A stretch of DNA of 64,000 bases from Myxococcota bacterium (GTDB taxonomy: Bacteria; Myxococcota_A; UBA796; GCA-2862545): assembly GCA_039208735.1 (NCBI GenBank), contig JBCCQY010000037.1:1-64000 (forward strand), in the 5' to 3' direction. Each line of letters opens with the position of its first letter. Position 1 is the first letter of the stretch. Below the pieces are notes generated by a model. The model was not told where the DNA came from. It ran no database searches and worked only from the letters and a program-made list of their open reading frames with translations. This document shows, in pieces, positions 6,964 through 16,024 of the stretch. A program made the position numbers and the translations under genes.

Positions 6964-9243
6964 ATGTTTTGGAAGCGGTTGTTGGTCGTCCTGGCGGTGG
7001 GGTTGGTGGGCTGTCCACCCGGAACACCGATTCAAGTGCCCGACGCGTTCTGTGGGGATGGCGCGGTCGATGAAGGCGAAGAATGCGACAACGGGTCGCA
7101 AAACGACGATGCTGCGGCCTGCACCGTGGCCTGCCGGAACGCGGTTTGCGGGGATGGTCTGGTCCTCGACGGGGTCGAAGAGTGCGACGAGGCTACGGGC
7201 AATAGCGATTCGGGCGAGTGCACCAGTGCTTGCGCCGTCGCTGTGTGTGGGGATGGGCTCGTTTTCGACGGCGAAGAAGCGTGCGACGACGGTGCGGACA
7301 ACGCCGACACGGCGGCCTGTACGTCGCAGTGCGAATTGGCCGCATGCGGCGATGGCCTCGTGCACGCTGGCGTCGAAGAATGTGACCAGGGCACCGCCAA
7401 CAACGACGGTGGCGATTGCACCACGGAGTGCACCACTGCGGTGTGCGGCGACGGGTTCGTTCAAATCGGCGTTGAGCAGTGCGACCTCGGTGAGATGAAC
7501 GGCGGTGACCTTTGCACCGACGACTGCATGCTCGCCAGCTGTGGCGACGGCATCCTCAACGGCGAAGTCGAAGAGTGCGACGAGGGCGTCAACAACGACG
7601 ACAATGGCAACTGCACGACCGCATGTACGCTCGCAAGCTGCGGAGACGGCTTTGTCTTCACGGGTGTGGAGGAGTGTGACGACGGTGTTGCCAACGCCGA
7701 TGATGCCGAGTGCACGTCACAGTGCAACGACGCAGTGTGCGGTGATGGACTCATTCTGGCCGGCGTCGAGGAGTGCGACGACGGAGCCGGCAACGCCAAC
7801 ACCGCCGGCTGCACCGCTCAGTGTGCCGTGGCCACCTGTGGCGATGGCCTCACCTGGGCGGGCGTCGAAGAATGCGACGACAACAACGGGTTTGGCGGCG
7901 ACGGTTGCAGCCCCACGTGCGCGTTGCCCGACACGCGGATGTTGCTGACGGCCGATGCGCGAATCGTGGGTGAGGAAGCGCTCGACACGCTTGAGTGGAC
8001 GAGTTCCGCCGGCGACGTGAACGGCGATGGCTTCGACGACCTGCTGTTGGGGGCACCGGGCGGAAATGTCGGAAGCAACAACCTCACCGGACGCGTTTAC
8101 CTCTTTCATGGGCCCATTCAGGGCATCCGAGATGCGTCGACGGCCGATGCCTCCTTCCCGGGCGACGTGAACGAAAACTTCTTCGGTCAGAAGAACAGTG
8201 GGCTGGGAGACCTCGATGGCGACGGGTTCGATGACTTTGGCATGCGCTTGCCCTCGTCCGCAGGAGACGTCTTCCTCGCATACGGTCCAGTCGCCGGGGA
8301 AATTGAACTCGATGCGTTGGGTACGTCTATTGAGGGGGCCATCAGCACCGCCTGGGGCTGGGACTTGAAGCCGCTTGGCGACATCAACAATGACGGCAAC
8401 GACGACATTCTCATCGGTGCCTACCTCGATGATGAAGCCGCTACGAATGCGGGGGCGGCACATGTGGTGCTGGGCCCCGTCACCGGAACCCAGACCTCGA
8501 GCATCGCGACCGCCAAGGTACTTGGCGAAGCGGAAGGTGACAACGCGGGCCGCGGCTTGGCGGCGGGCGACGTGAGCGGTGATGGCGTGCCTGATCTGAT
8601 CGTTGGTGCACCGAACCATGACGCGGGCGGCGACGACGCAGGAGCCGTCTACATCTACGAAGGACCCGTCAATGGGAACCTCGACCTGGCCAACGCCGAC
8701 GCGAAGCTCGTTGGCGAAGCGGCGGGCGATGAAGCCGGCTACTTCGTGGACTTTGCGGGTGACCTCGACAACGACGGTTTTGGAGACGTCGTGGTCAGCG
8801 GCAACTACACGGGCAACAACAGCCGCGGAGCGGTGTACGTGCTCTACGGTCCGCTGTCGGGAACGATCGATTTGTCCAACGCGGATGCCACCTTCACAGG
8901 CGAGCTTCTTGGTGACCGGGCCGCGAGTTCGGTGGCTGGAGTAGGCGACGTCAACGGAGACGGCTTCGACGACCTGCTGTTCGGCGCGCACCGTAGCGAC
9001 GTGAGCGGCAACAATGCGGGCCGCGCCTACCTGGTGTTTGGTCCCGTGTCGGGCACCAACAGCCTGGTCGATGCCGACGTCACCTTCGTGGCCGAAGAGA
9101 TCAATGATGGCGTGGGTCGGAGCGTGTCCGGTGCGGGTGACGTCGACGCGGACGGTCTGGCCGACCTCATGATTGGCTCGATCAACGGAGCTGGAGGCGA
9201 CAACGGAGGCGTGGTCTACCTTTGGTACGGCTCCTCCTTCTAA
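6964..9243 (+). CDS. Lipoprotein with 9 Myxococcus Cys-rich (DUF4215-type) repeats and 7 FG-GAP repeats
   Basis: Lipobox LVGC; nine CGDG...EECD units (about 7051-7920); seven GD-x-N/D-x-DG-x-x-D motifs; GGGGAG RBS. Confidence 0.9.
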   Translation: MFWKRLLVVLAVGLVGCPPGTPIQVPDAFCGDGAVDEGEECDNGSQNDDAAACTVACRNAVCGDGLVLDGVEECDEATGNSDSGECTSACAVAVCGDGLVFDGEEACDDGADNADTAACTSQCELAACGDGLVHAGVEECDQGTANNDGGDCTTECTTAVCGDGFVQIGVEQCDLGEMNGGDLCTDDCMLASCGDGILNGEVEECDEGVNNDDNGNCTTACTLASCGDGFVFTGVEECDDGVANADDAECTSQCNDAVCGDGLILAGVEECDDGAGNANTAGCTAQCAVATCGDGLTWAGVEECDDNNGFGGDGCSPTCALPDTRMLLTADARIVGEEALDTLEWTSSAGDVNGDGFDDLLLGAPGGNVGSNNLTGRVYLFHGPIQGIRDASTADASFPGDVNENFFGQKNSGLGDLDGDGFDDFGMRLPSSAGDVFLAYGPVAGEIELDALGTSIEGAISTAWGWDLKPLGDINNDGNDDILIGAYLDDEAATNAGAAHVVLGPVTGTQTSSIATAKVLGEAEGDNAGRGLAAGDVSGDGVPDLIVGAPNHDAGGDDAGAVYIYEGPVNGNLDLANADAKLVGEAAGDEAGYFVDFAGDLDNDGFGDVVVSGNYTGNNSRGAVYVLYGPLSGTIDLSNADATFTGELLGDRAASSVAGVGDVNGDGFDDLLFGAHRSDVSGNNAGRAYLVFGPVSGTNSLVDADVTFVAEEINDGVGRSVSGAGDVDADGLADLMIGSINGAGGDNGGVVYLWYGSSF

Positions 9244-9252
9244 CGTGACGTG

Positions 9253-9273
9253 GGCCCCGCCTAAGGCGGGGTC
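9253..9273 (+). terminator. GC-rich hairpin after FG-GAP gene, possible terminator
   Basis: CCCCGCC-TAA-GGCGGGG about 10 nt after stop; no U-tract. Confidence 0.45.
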
Positions 9274-9315
9274 TGCGGTTACCACGGAGTGCTGACCTGA
9301 CACGAAGGAGCCTCC

Positions 9316-10064
9316 GTGAACCACCTCGCCAACCTCCGGGACCGTCTTCGGATTCCCGTGATCGGTGCGCCTCTCTTCATCATTTCGAACCCCAAGCTGG
9401 TCATCGCCCAGTGCAAGGCCGGCATCGTGGGGTCCTTTCCGGCCCTCAACGCTCGGCCTCAAAGCCAGCTCGACGAGTGGCTCGACGAAATCACCTCCGC
9501 CCTCGCGGCACATGACGCAGCGCATCCCGAGTCACCGTCGGCGCCGTTTGCGGTCAATCAAATCGTGCACCGGTCGAACGACCGGCTCGAAGCAGACCTC
9601 GCAACCTGCGAAAAGCATAAGGTTCCCTTGACGGTCCCATCGCCCTCAGCGGTTCCATCGCCACCGGAAGCGGCGTGCTCGCGGCCCTCGCCATGGGGGC
9701 GGACTTCGCTTATATCGGGTCCGCCTTCATCGCCACCGAGGAGGCCAGGGCCGCCGATGACTACAAGCAGGCCATCGTTGATGGACAGGCCGAGGACATC
9801 GTGTATTCGAGCCTCTTCACGGGGGTTCACGGCAACTACCTGCGAACGTCCATCGAGAACGCAGGCCTCGACCCCGACGACCTGCCCGAGAGCGACCCCA
9901 GTGCGATGAACTTCGGGTCGGGTGGCAACACCGAGGCCAAGGCCTGGAAGGACATCTGGGGTTCAGGTCAGGGCATTGGTGCGGTCAAGGCGGTGCAGCC
10001 TGCGGCGACCTACATCGAACAGCTCGTCGCCCAATACCAGTCGGCCAAGGCTCGCGTGGCCTGA
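9316..10064 (+). pseudogene. Nitronate monooxygenase (2-nitropropane dioxygenase) family, internal deletion with frameshift
   Basis: N-half PVIGAPLFIIS...GSFPALNAR...KHKVPL joins out of frame at about 9630 to DGPIALSGSIATG...MGADFAYIGSAFIAT; central GAGGH segment absent. Confidence 0.85.
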
Positions 10065-10151
10065 CCGCTCTCCTGCTTCTCAATGGCTTGGTCCCACGGT
10101 TGCCTTCGATGCGGCCGGCATGGCATGCGTCACGGTAGGGGAATCGTTGCT

Positions 10152-10844
10152 CTAAAAGAGCTTCTTCAGCATCGACTTGGTGATGATGTGGGCCCCCCCG
10201 TCTCGGGTTGGCCGCTTAACCACAACCATGCCCATCTCTTGTTCGGCTTCGAACATCCGCACCGACAGTTGGGCGACACGGTGCTTCGTGACCCTAAGGC
10301 CCACCACGCGAACCGACTGGAATCCTGGCATGCTGATGGCAACCTCGTAAGTTCCAACCGACATGCCCTGAACGAACACCTCACCGTTCTCATCAGTATA
10401 CAAGGCTGGAGAGTCAATATCGTCGCCCACAAGGGTGACCTCAGCCCCATCTAAGGGTAGGGTCCCTCCGTCAAAGGCTTCCTCGACCACGATGCGCAGG
10501 GAACCCACGTACGGGGCAGAGGCAACCCAAGTCGGGGTCACCTTCACCACCGGAGGCGGCTCCGCAAAGGCAGGTGCTGCCCAGCTCGTCGCCAAGGCGA
10601 GACACCACTTTAGTGCGCGAACGACCCGCGATGGCTGAAACTGGATACGCCCCTTTCGGTCATAGCGATATCGCACACAGGGCGTGCTGGAACGCAGCAC
10701 CCGTTTGGCTTCGCGACGCGTTCCGGCCGAGAGATCCACAACCTGACGATCGCAAACCGCACAGTGGCGAAATCGGTCATCCCCGAACATGGCCTCCCAG
10801 TCTTCCTGGCAACGGAATTCGACAGGAACATCCGATCGTCGCAC
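10152..10844 (-). CDS. Cys4-motif protein with internal hydrophobic segment and carboxypeptidase-regulatory-like beta-sandwich
   Basis: CQEDWEAM...RHCAVC...CVRY; PLDGAEVTL...TDENGE...GTYEVAISMPGF; GTG 10844 after GGAGGG. Confidence 0.7.
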   Translation of the reverse strand: MRRSDVPVEFRCQEDWEAMFGDDRFRHCAVCDRQVVDLSAGTRREAKRVLRSSTPCVRYRYDRKGRIQFQPSRVVRALKWCLALATSWAAPAFAEPPPVVKVTPTWVASAPYVGSLRIVVEEAFDGGTLPLDGAEVTLVGDDIDSPALYTDENGEVFVQGMSVGTYEVAISMPGFQSVRVVGLRVTKHRVAQLSVRMFEAEQEMGMVVVKRPTRDGGAHIITKSMLKKLF

Positions 10845-10892
10845 GGGCCCTCCACGCCTCAAGGGTGTGGGGAACGATCGGGTTGTTCACCG

Positions 10893-11534
10893 TTAACTTT
10901 CGTCCGTGCCGTGGCTCCGGAGGTCGGCCAATGCTTGCCGGGCCCGCCGTTCACCTTGGCGAGTGCGGCGACTCAGCTCCCGGGCCTGGAGTGCCGCGTG
11001 CGCAAGCCAGGGAACCAACATGCGCGAAACCGCCTTGTCGGCCCGTTCGATCACTTCGCAACGCCACATCTGGCCATGCATGATGACAAGCTTCCCGTTT
11101 TCGAACGTGACGGACTCGACCAAGGCCAGAGGAAGGCGCCGCCGCCCTAATCGCAGCGCGTCGCCGTCGACCTCGATCAAGACCAAGCGGTGGGGGTTGG
11201 CCTCGGTCGTCCACCCCGGCGGAAGGTCAGGCAAGAGCCGAAAGGACTTGGCAGACGACAGGTCGTATTGGGCCAGCTGGCCCTGCCCAAAGTACCAGGC
11301 CCCGAACCCCCCGAGCGTCACCAGCCCCACAACCACCGCAGCATTCACCGCCATGCCAGGGAAGCCGATCACGAACCCGGCGAGGCCCACGCCCACCAAA
11401 AGGATGGTGAGGGCCAAACCTATCGGCAGGCGAACCTGCGGGACAAAAGCTCGAAACCCCGTTTCAGTCCACTGCCATCGCAACACATACTCAGCCTCGG
11501 CCAGGGTCTGGGTGTCGATCATGGGAGGCAACAT
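10893..11534 (-). CDS. Hypothetical membrane protein (2 TM)
   Basis: Two hydrophobic helices near N-terminus; fills gap co-directionally with neighbour. Confidence 0.65.
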   Translation of the reverse strand: MLPPMIDTQTLAEAEYVLRWQWTETGFRAFVPQVRLPIGLALTILLVGVGLAGFVIGFPGMAVNAAVVVGLVTLGGFGAWYFGQGQLAQYDLSSAKSFRLLPDLPPGWTTEANPHRLVLIEVDGDALRLGRRRLPLALVESVTFENGKLVIMHGQMWRCEVIERADKAVSRMLVPWLAHAALQARELSRRTRQGERRARQALADLRSHGTDES

Positions 11535-11715
11535 CGGCAGCTCGCTTCCTTGTTCTATCCATGAGATCTAAAAGTCGCATTCATCGCAGCTGACGAAACT
11601 CATACACTGGGACAAACGGGTCGACCCCATGGGTATCTCAGCCATGGGGCATTGATGGGACAATGGGTGACCGAAACGTCGCTAACGGCTAGCCGCGGAT
11701 GCGAAGGGGGTCTCC

Positions 11716-13686
11716 GTGAAACCACATTCGCCGTCGACGCTCGCCGTGTTGGCATGGACCACCAGTTGCGTGGCCAATGTTCAGTCCGTTCCAGAGGAGC
11801 CTTTCAACCAAACACCCATTGGCCAGGAGACGATCGAGTCCGAACCCAAAGGCAAAACTGCGCCGTGCTTGGTGGATGAGGAAGTCCCCGCGAGCGTGTA
11901 CGTTCGGCGGGTCAAGAACCTACTTACCGGCGCCGCACCGACCGACGATGAAATGCTCCGGGTGCAGGCGAACCCTAACACCATGCGCGAGTTGGTCGCT
12001 GAGTGGCAGCAAACCGTTGGGTATGAGCGCAAACTCGGGGAATTCTTCGGTAAGGCACTGCAGCAGACCGGCGACGACTCAGACATCTCTCGGCAGCTCC
12101 ACAATGGGATGAATGGCATTGCCGTAGCGAGGCGCACCGCTGACGTCATTCGAGCGTCGTTCGTCCGAACCGCTCTTCGTATCGCGCGAAACGGCGAACC
12201 TTTTACCAATGTCACCCACACGGCAACTTGGGACATGACCACCGCGATGATGGCCTGGCTCATCGCAGTCGATCAAAGTCCCAACGTGGAATCCTACCTC
12301 TTCTATGAAGACCCCGTCACGCTCGGCGATCTTACGTTCGACGCCGATACGCCTCTCGATGTCCAGGCTGCCCATGAGATGTGGCACGCATCGTTGGATG
12401 AGGGTTGTGAACAACCGTATGCGATCGATCAAGGTGGAGTGACGCTAAAGATCCTCTCGGTAAAGGCGATCCTTGGCGAGCCTCGAAGCCCTGTCTACTG
12501 CAACGTTCACACCGACATCTTCAACGACTCCGACTGGGAAGACTGGCGACCCGTCACCATGGTACCCAGCACCGATGCCAACCAGGTCGAGTATTGGGAT
12601 GCCCCTTCGCTTCGGAACCGCACCACGCTTGGGCTTGATCTTCCCCGTACAGGCTTTTTCATGGCCCCCGCATTTCTCGCCGCCTGGGAAACCAACGACG
12701 ACAACAGCTTTCGAGTCACTACGAACCAGGCCCTGATTGCAGCGCTTGGGACCCAATTCGACGCTGAAGATGTGACGCTGCCGTTGGGTGACGAGGGGCT
12801 CGCTGACGATCACGCAGCCCCCGACACGGCCTGCTATGGCTGCCACAAGAACCTCGATCCGATGCGCAATTACTTTAAGAATGCACTGACCTCGCCATTC
12901 TACGCCATTCGACCAGAGGATAGCGATGTCGAGCGTGCTACATTCAGCTTTCAAGGTGCCGAGGGCGGTAAAGGTGACGGCGAGACGCTGGCCGACTTTG
13001 GGCAGCACCTCGCCAACCATCCCCGATTCGCCCACGGTTGGGTGCAGAAACTCTGCTACTACGCCAATAGCCAAGATTGCGATTCCAACGATCCCGAGTT
13101 TCCACGGATCGTCGAGGCCTTCGTCGATTCGGGCTTTGACTTCAATGCCTTGGTCGTTGACCTATTTTCCTCGCCGCTGATCACCCGAGCCCATTGCGCC
13201 GAAGACTATGTACGCGAGTTTGCCCCCAATTCGATCGCGCGTCGCGACCACCTGTGTGCCGCCATGGTGGAACGGCTTGGCATACCGGACATCTGCACCA
13301 CATCCCGGTCAGGGGTCGAAGACTTGGTGAACGCGCTACCCGAAGATCAGTGGCCACGGGGCAAGGAGAGTCCCGAGCAGCCCACAGAACCCGCGCTGGT
13401 CTACGCTGCAGCGACCAAAGCGGTCTGTCTTGCAATGGCCGACACCGCGGTCGATCGCACTCCTTCCTCGCTCGATTCCAACGATCTCGATGGTGCTTTG
13501 GATCAGCTAGTCACCCAGGTCATGGGGCTCCCTCCCGCCGACCCACGGCACACACCCGTCAAAGAGCGCCTGCACCAACTCGTTGACGACGCAGAGGCCA
13601 CCGGCATCACCCGTGCATCGGATCGCCTAAAGTCGGCATTCATCGTTGCATGTACCTCCCCCTTCGTCACATCGGTAGACCTGTGA
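11716..13686 (+). CDS. Exported protein with one CxxCH haem motif (DUF1585/DUF1588-like myxobacterial family)
   Basis: YVRRVKNLLTGAAPT, CYGCHKNLDPMR, FAHGWVQKLCYYANS; signal ending TTSC. Confidence 0.75.
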   Translation: MKPHSPSTLAVLAWTTSCVANVQSVPEEPFNQTPIGQETIESEPKGKTAPCLVDEEVPASVYVRRVKNLLTGAAPTDDEMLRVQANPNTMRELVAEWQQTVGYERKLGEFFGKALQQTGDDSDISRQLHNGMNGIAVARRTADVIRASFVRTALRIARNGEPFTNVTHTATWDMTTAMMAWLIAVDQSPNVESYLFYEDPVTLGDLTFDADTPLDVQAAHEMWHASLDEGCEQPYAIDQGGVTLKILSVKAILGEPRSPVYCNVHTDIFNDSDWEDWRPVTMVPSTDANQVEYWDAPSLRNRTTLGLDLPRTGFFMAPAFLAAWETNDDNSFRVTTNQALIAALGTQFDAEDVTLPLGDEGLADDHAAPDTACYGCHKNLDPMRNYFKNALTSPFYAIRPEDSDVERATFSFQGAEGGKGDGETLADFGQHLANHPRFAHGWVQKLCYYANSQDCDSNDPEFPRIVEAFVDSGFDFNALVVDLFSSPLITRAHCAEDYVREFAPNSIARRDHLCAAMVERLGIPDICTTSRSGVEDLVNALPEDQWPRGKESPEQPTEPALVYAAATKAVCLAMADTAVDRTPSSLDSNDLDGALDQLVTQVMGLPPADPRHTPVKERLHQLVDDAEATGITRASDRLKSAFIVACTSPFVTSVDL

Positions 13687-13694
13687 GGCGCCCC

Positions 13695-15026
13695 ATGTCG
13701 AATTCGCACGAAATGAGTCGACGCAATCTGCTGCGCACAGCCCTCCTCGGCCCCGGATACCTGGGGTTGAGAGCCTTGGCTACCGGGCTTCCGGCAGGCG
13801 TCTTTGGCGCGATGGGTCTCGCTGCCCTCGATGCCCGAGCCGCCAGCCCTCGCGCTCCGCAGTACCTCCTGTTGCTGACGTCGCAGGATGGCGAGGCACT
13901 GAACTGCAATGCGCCAGGCACTTACGGGATCGATGGCATCGACCACAACCCAGACCCCGCGATGGCGGAAACCCCAGTGTCCTTTGGCGACATCATCACG
14001 ACTGCGGCAGCGCCCTGGGCTGGGTTGCCCCAATCGATGCGCGACCGGACCGCGGTGCTGCATCATCGCACCTACCAGAATGCCCATCCGCAATACCAGA
14101 AGGTGCTGGGGCTCGTGGGCAGCGCACGCATGCCCGACGGCACCGGCACGGAACACCTCCCCTCGCTCATCGCCTCCGAGCTTTGTGACGGGCTCGGCAC
14201 AGTGCAGCGCGCCCCAATCCGGGTGGACGGCAAGGGCAGCCTCGTGTTCGAAGGTCGTCCAATTCAGGGCATCCTGCCTTCGACCCTGGCCGACCTGTTT
14301 GCAGTTCCCGAGGCCGGAGACGCATTGCGGCTCGCCGACCTAAGGGACCAGGCTCTCGACGACATCTACCGCATCGCCAAGGACCACGGGACTCCGAGCC
14401 AGCGCGATCTCATCGATCGATTCGTCCTTTCCCACGACCAAGTTCGTAGCCTCGACCAAACACTGGTCGGCCAGCTCGCCGCAATCACTGACGATAGCCG
14501 ACGGTCCCAGCTGCAGGCTGCTCTTACGCTCTTTTTGATGAACCTCACGCCGGTGGTTGCGCTTACGCTGGAGTTCAGCGGTGACAATCACAGCGACAGC
14601 AACCTCACCGACGAGCGCGACGAGACGGTCGCCTCCATGACCCTGTTAGCGGAGTTCTTTACCGACCTCGAGGCTTCCCCCCTGCGCGACCGCCTTGTGG
14701 TGGCCAACCTGGATGTCTTTGGACGGACATTGGTGCGCAACAGCAGCGGCGGCCGCGACCACAACCTCAATCACCACACCATGATGATTTGCGGATCGGT
14801 TGTCCAACCTGGAGTCTTCGGAGGAGTGGCCCCATCAGGCAACGACTTCGGCGCGACCTCGATCGATTCTGTCACCGGAGCGACTTCCGACAACGCGGAC
14901 ATTCCCGTCGACGAAACACTGGAAGCCGCAGCAAAGACCCTGTGTGCGGTGTGTGGCGTGCCCAACGCCACGATTGATCAACGCATCGTGGGCGGCAAGG
15001 TCATCGAGGCCATCATCGAACGCTGA
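13695..15026 (+). CDS. Tat-exported DUF1501/DUF1552-like protein
   Basis: SRRNLL twin-arginine signal, GDNHSD, DVFGRTL...GGRDH. Confidence 0.75.
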   Translation: MSNSHEMSRRNLLRTALLGPGYLGLRALATGLPAGVFGAMGLAALDARAASPRAPQYLLLLTSQDGEALNCNAPGTYGIDGIDHNPDPAMAETPVSFGDIITTAAAPWAGLPQSMRDRTAVLHHRTYQNAHPQYQKVLGLVGSARMPDGTGTEHLPSLIASELCDGLGTVQRAPIRVDGKGSLVFEGRPIQGILPSTLADLFAVPEAGDALRLADLRDQALDDIYRIAKDHGTPSQRDLIDRFVLSHDQVRSLDQTLVGQLAAITDDSRRSQLQAALTLFLMNLTPVVALTLEFSGDNHSDSNLTDERDETVASMTLLAEFFTDLEASPLRDRLVVANLDVFGRTLVRNSSGGRDHNLNHHTMMICGSVVQPGVFGGVAPSGNDFGATSIDSVTGATSDNADIPVDETLEAAAKTLCAVCGVPNATIDQRIVGGKVIEAIIER

Positions 15027-16014
15027 CGCGAAGTTCGCCCTGCCACCCGCCGCCGGGCGTCGCTCCTACGTTGACGTCGGCACGACGAAACTCGGTGCCC
15101 AAGCCCACCGCACCGAGCAGCGCTCCCACCGATGCCCCCCCCACACCCGCCCAAAACGCCGCTGTGGTACCCGTCGGGCAATCGAAGAAGCCGTCGCCAT
15201 TTGCATCGGGCAGGGTGCAGAGCGTGTCACGACGCAGCGCGACGGAGCTCGCCAGGGCGGTTCCGCCCACCAACAACACCCCTCCGACAACCGTGCGCGT
15301 GGGAAACCCCGGTTTGGAAGAAGACTCGGGCACCGGCTCGGATGGGGGCAGGGTGACCACCTTAGGGACGGATTCAGGAACCGGTTCAGGCGCGGGTTCA
15401 GGGACTTCAGGGAGCGGACGAACTGCCGCGATGGGCTCAGGACTTGCGCTCGCTGTGGCGGGCGGCATCGCGGTGGGCGGCGGGCCGACGGTCACCAACG
15501 CCGTCTGAAGAATGGTGCCATTCTGCGCCACCTGCTGCAGCAAATAGGGGTGCCCCACGGGCGCCGTCGCAGTGGGGCGACCATTCACAAACCACATGCC
15601 CTGGTCCAGGGTTGGCAAGGTGACGTTGTCTCGCCCCCCTCGCGCCTGCGCCCACTGAACGGCCAGGGGATGACGCTCATGGGGGGCCAGTTCGGGATTC
15701 AGCGACAGCTCGGGTGCGGCCGACCGGGCCGCAAGAAACCAAGACCCGGCGGACTCGAGTTCACCCGTAAAGAACGTGGTGAGGCCATGGGCAAGCAAGA
15801 CCTCAGCCGCAGCTGATGGAGTCAGAGGCTCAGCCACGCAAGGAATAGAGGCCAAAAGCTCGTTGTCAGCCGGCCGTGCTCGCAGCACCGCGCCGTTATC
15901 CTGAATGAGCCGATCCTGGACTTGACGCGCCGAAAGCTCAAGGTCGCGCGACGTGTAGGGCTTCGAACACCCGTCCGCCGCTGAACTCACCCCGATCGCA
16001 ACGAGCATGATCAT
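15013..16014 (-). CDS. Exported hypothetical protein with Pro-rich linker and C-terminal hydrophobic hairpin
   Basis: Short signal, helical domain, PEP-rich linker, two hydrophobic segments; starts 10 nt after kinase stop. Confidence 0.7.
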   Translation of the reverse strand: MIMLVAIGVSSAADGCSKPYTSRDLELSARQVQDRLIQDNGAVLRARPADNELLASIPCVAEPLTPSAAAEVLLAHGLTTFFTGELESAGSWFLAARSAAPELSLNPELAPHERHPLAVQWAQARGGRDNVTLPTLDQGMWFVNGRPTATAPVGHPYLLQQVAQNGTILQTALVTVGPPPTAMPPATASASPEPIAAVRPLPEVPEPAPEPVPESVPKVVTLPPSEPVPESSSKPGFPTRTVVGGVLLVGGTALASSVALRRDTLCTLPDANGDGFFDCPTGTTAAFWAGVGGASVGALLGAVGLGTEFRRADVNVGATPGGGWQGELRVSVR

Positions 16015-16024
16015 CGAGACTCCC

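Noticed and set aside
7051..7920. Periodic DNA repeats as CRISPR array (also 61860-62800)
   Set aside because: They are in-frame protein repeats with synonymous variation; no invariant repeat-spacer pattern or cas genes
7717..9525. 602-aa minus-strand ORF (and similar long ORFs such as 57702-59546, 53227-54633, 30653-32041)
   Set aside because: Antisense shadows of well-supported genes in high-GC DNA; no motifs
11590..11715. c-di-GMP-I riboswitch
   Set aside because: Lacks the GGCAAAC...GAAA...GACGCAAAG core
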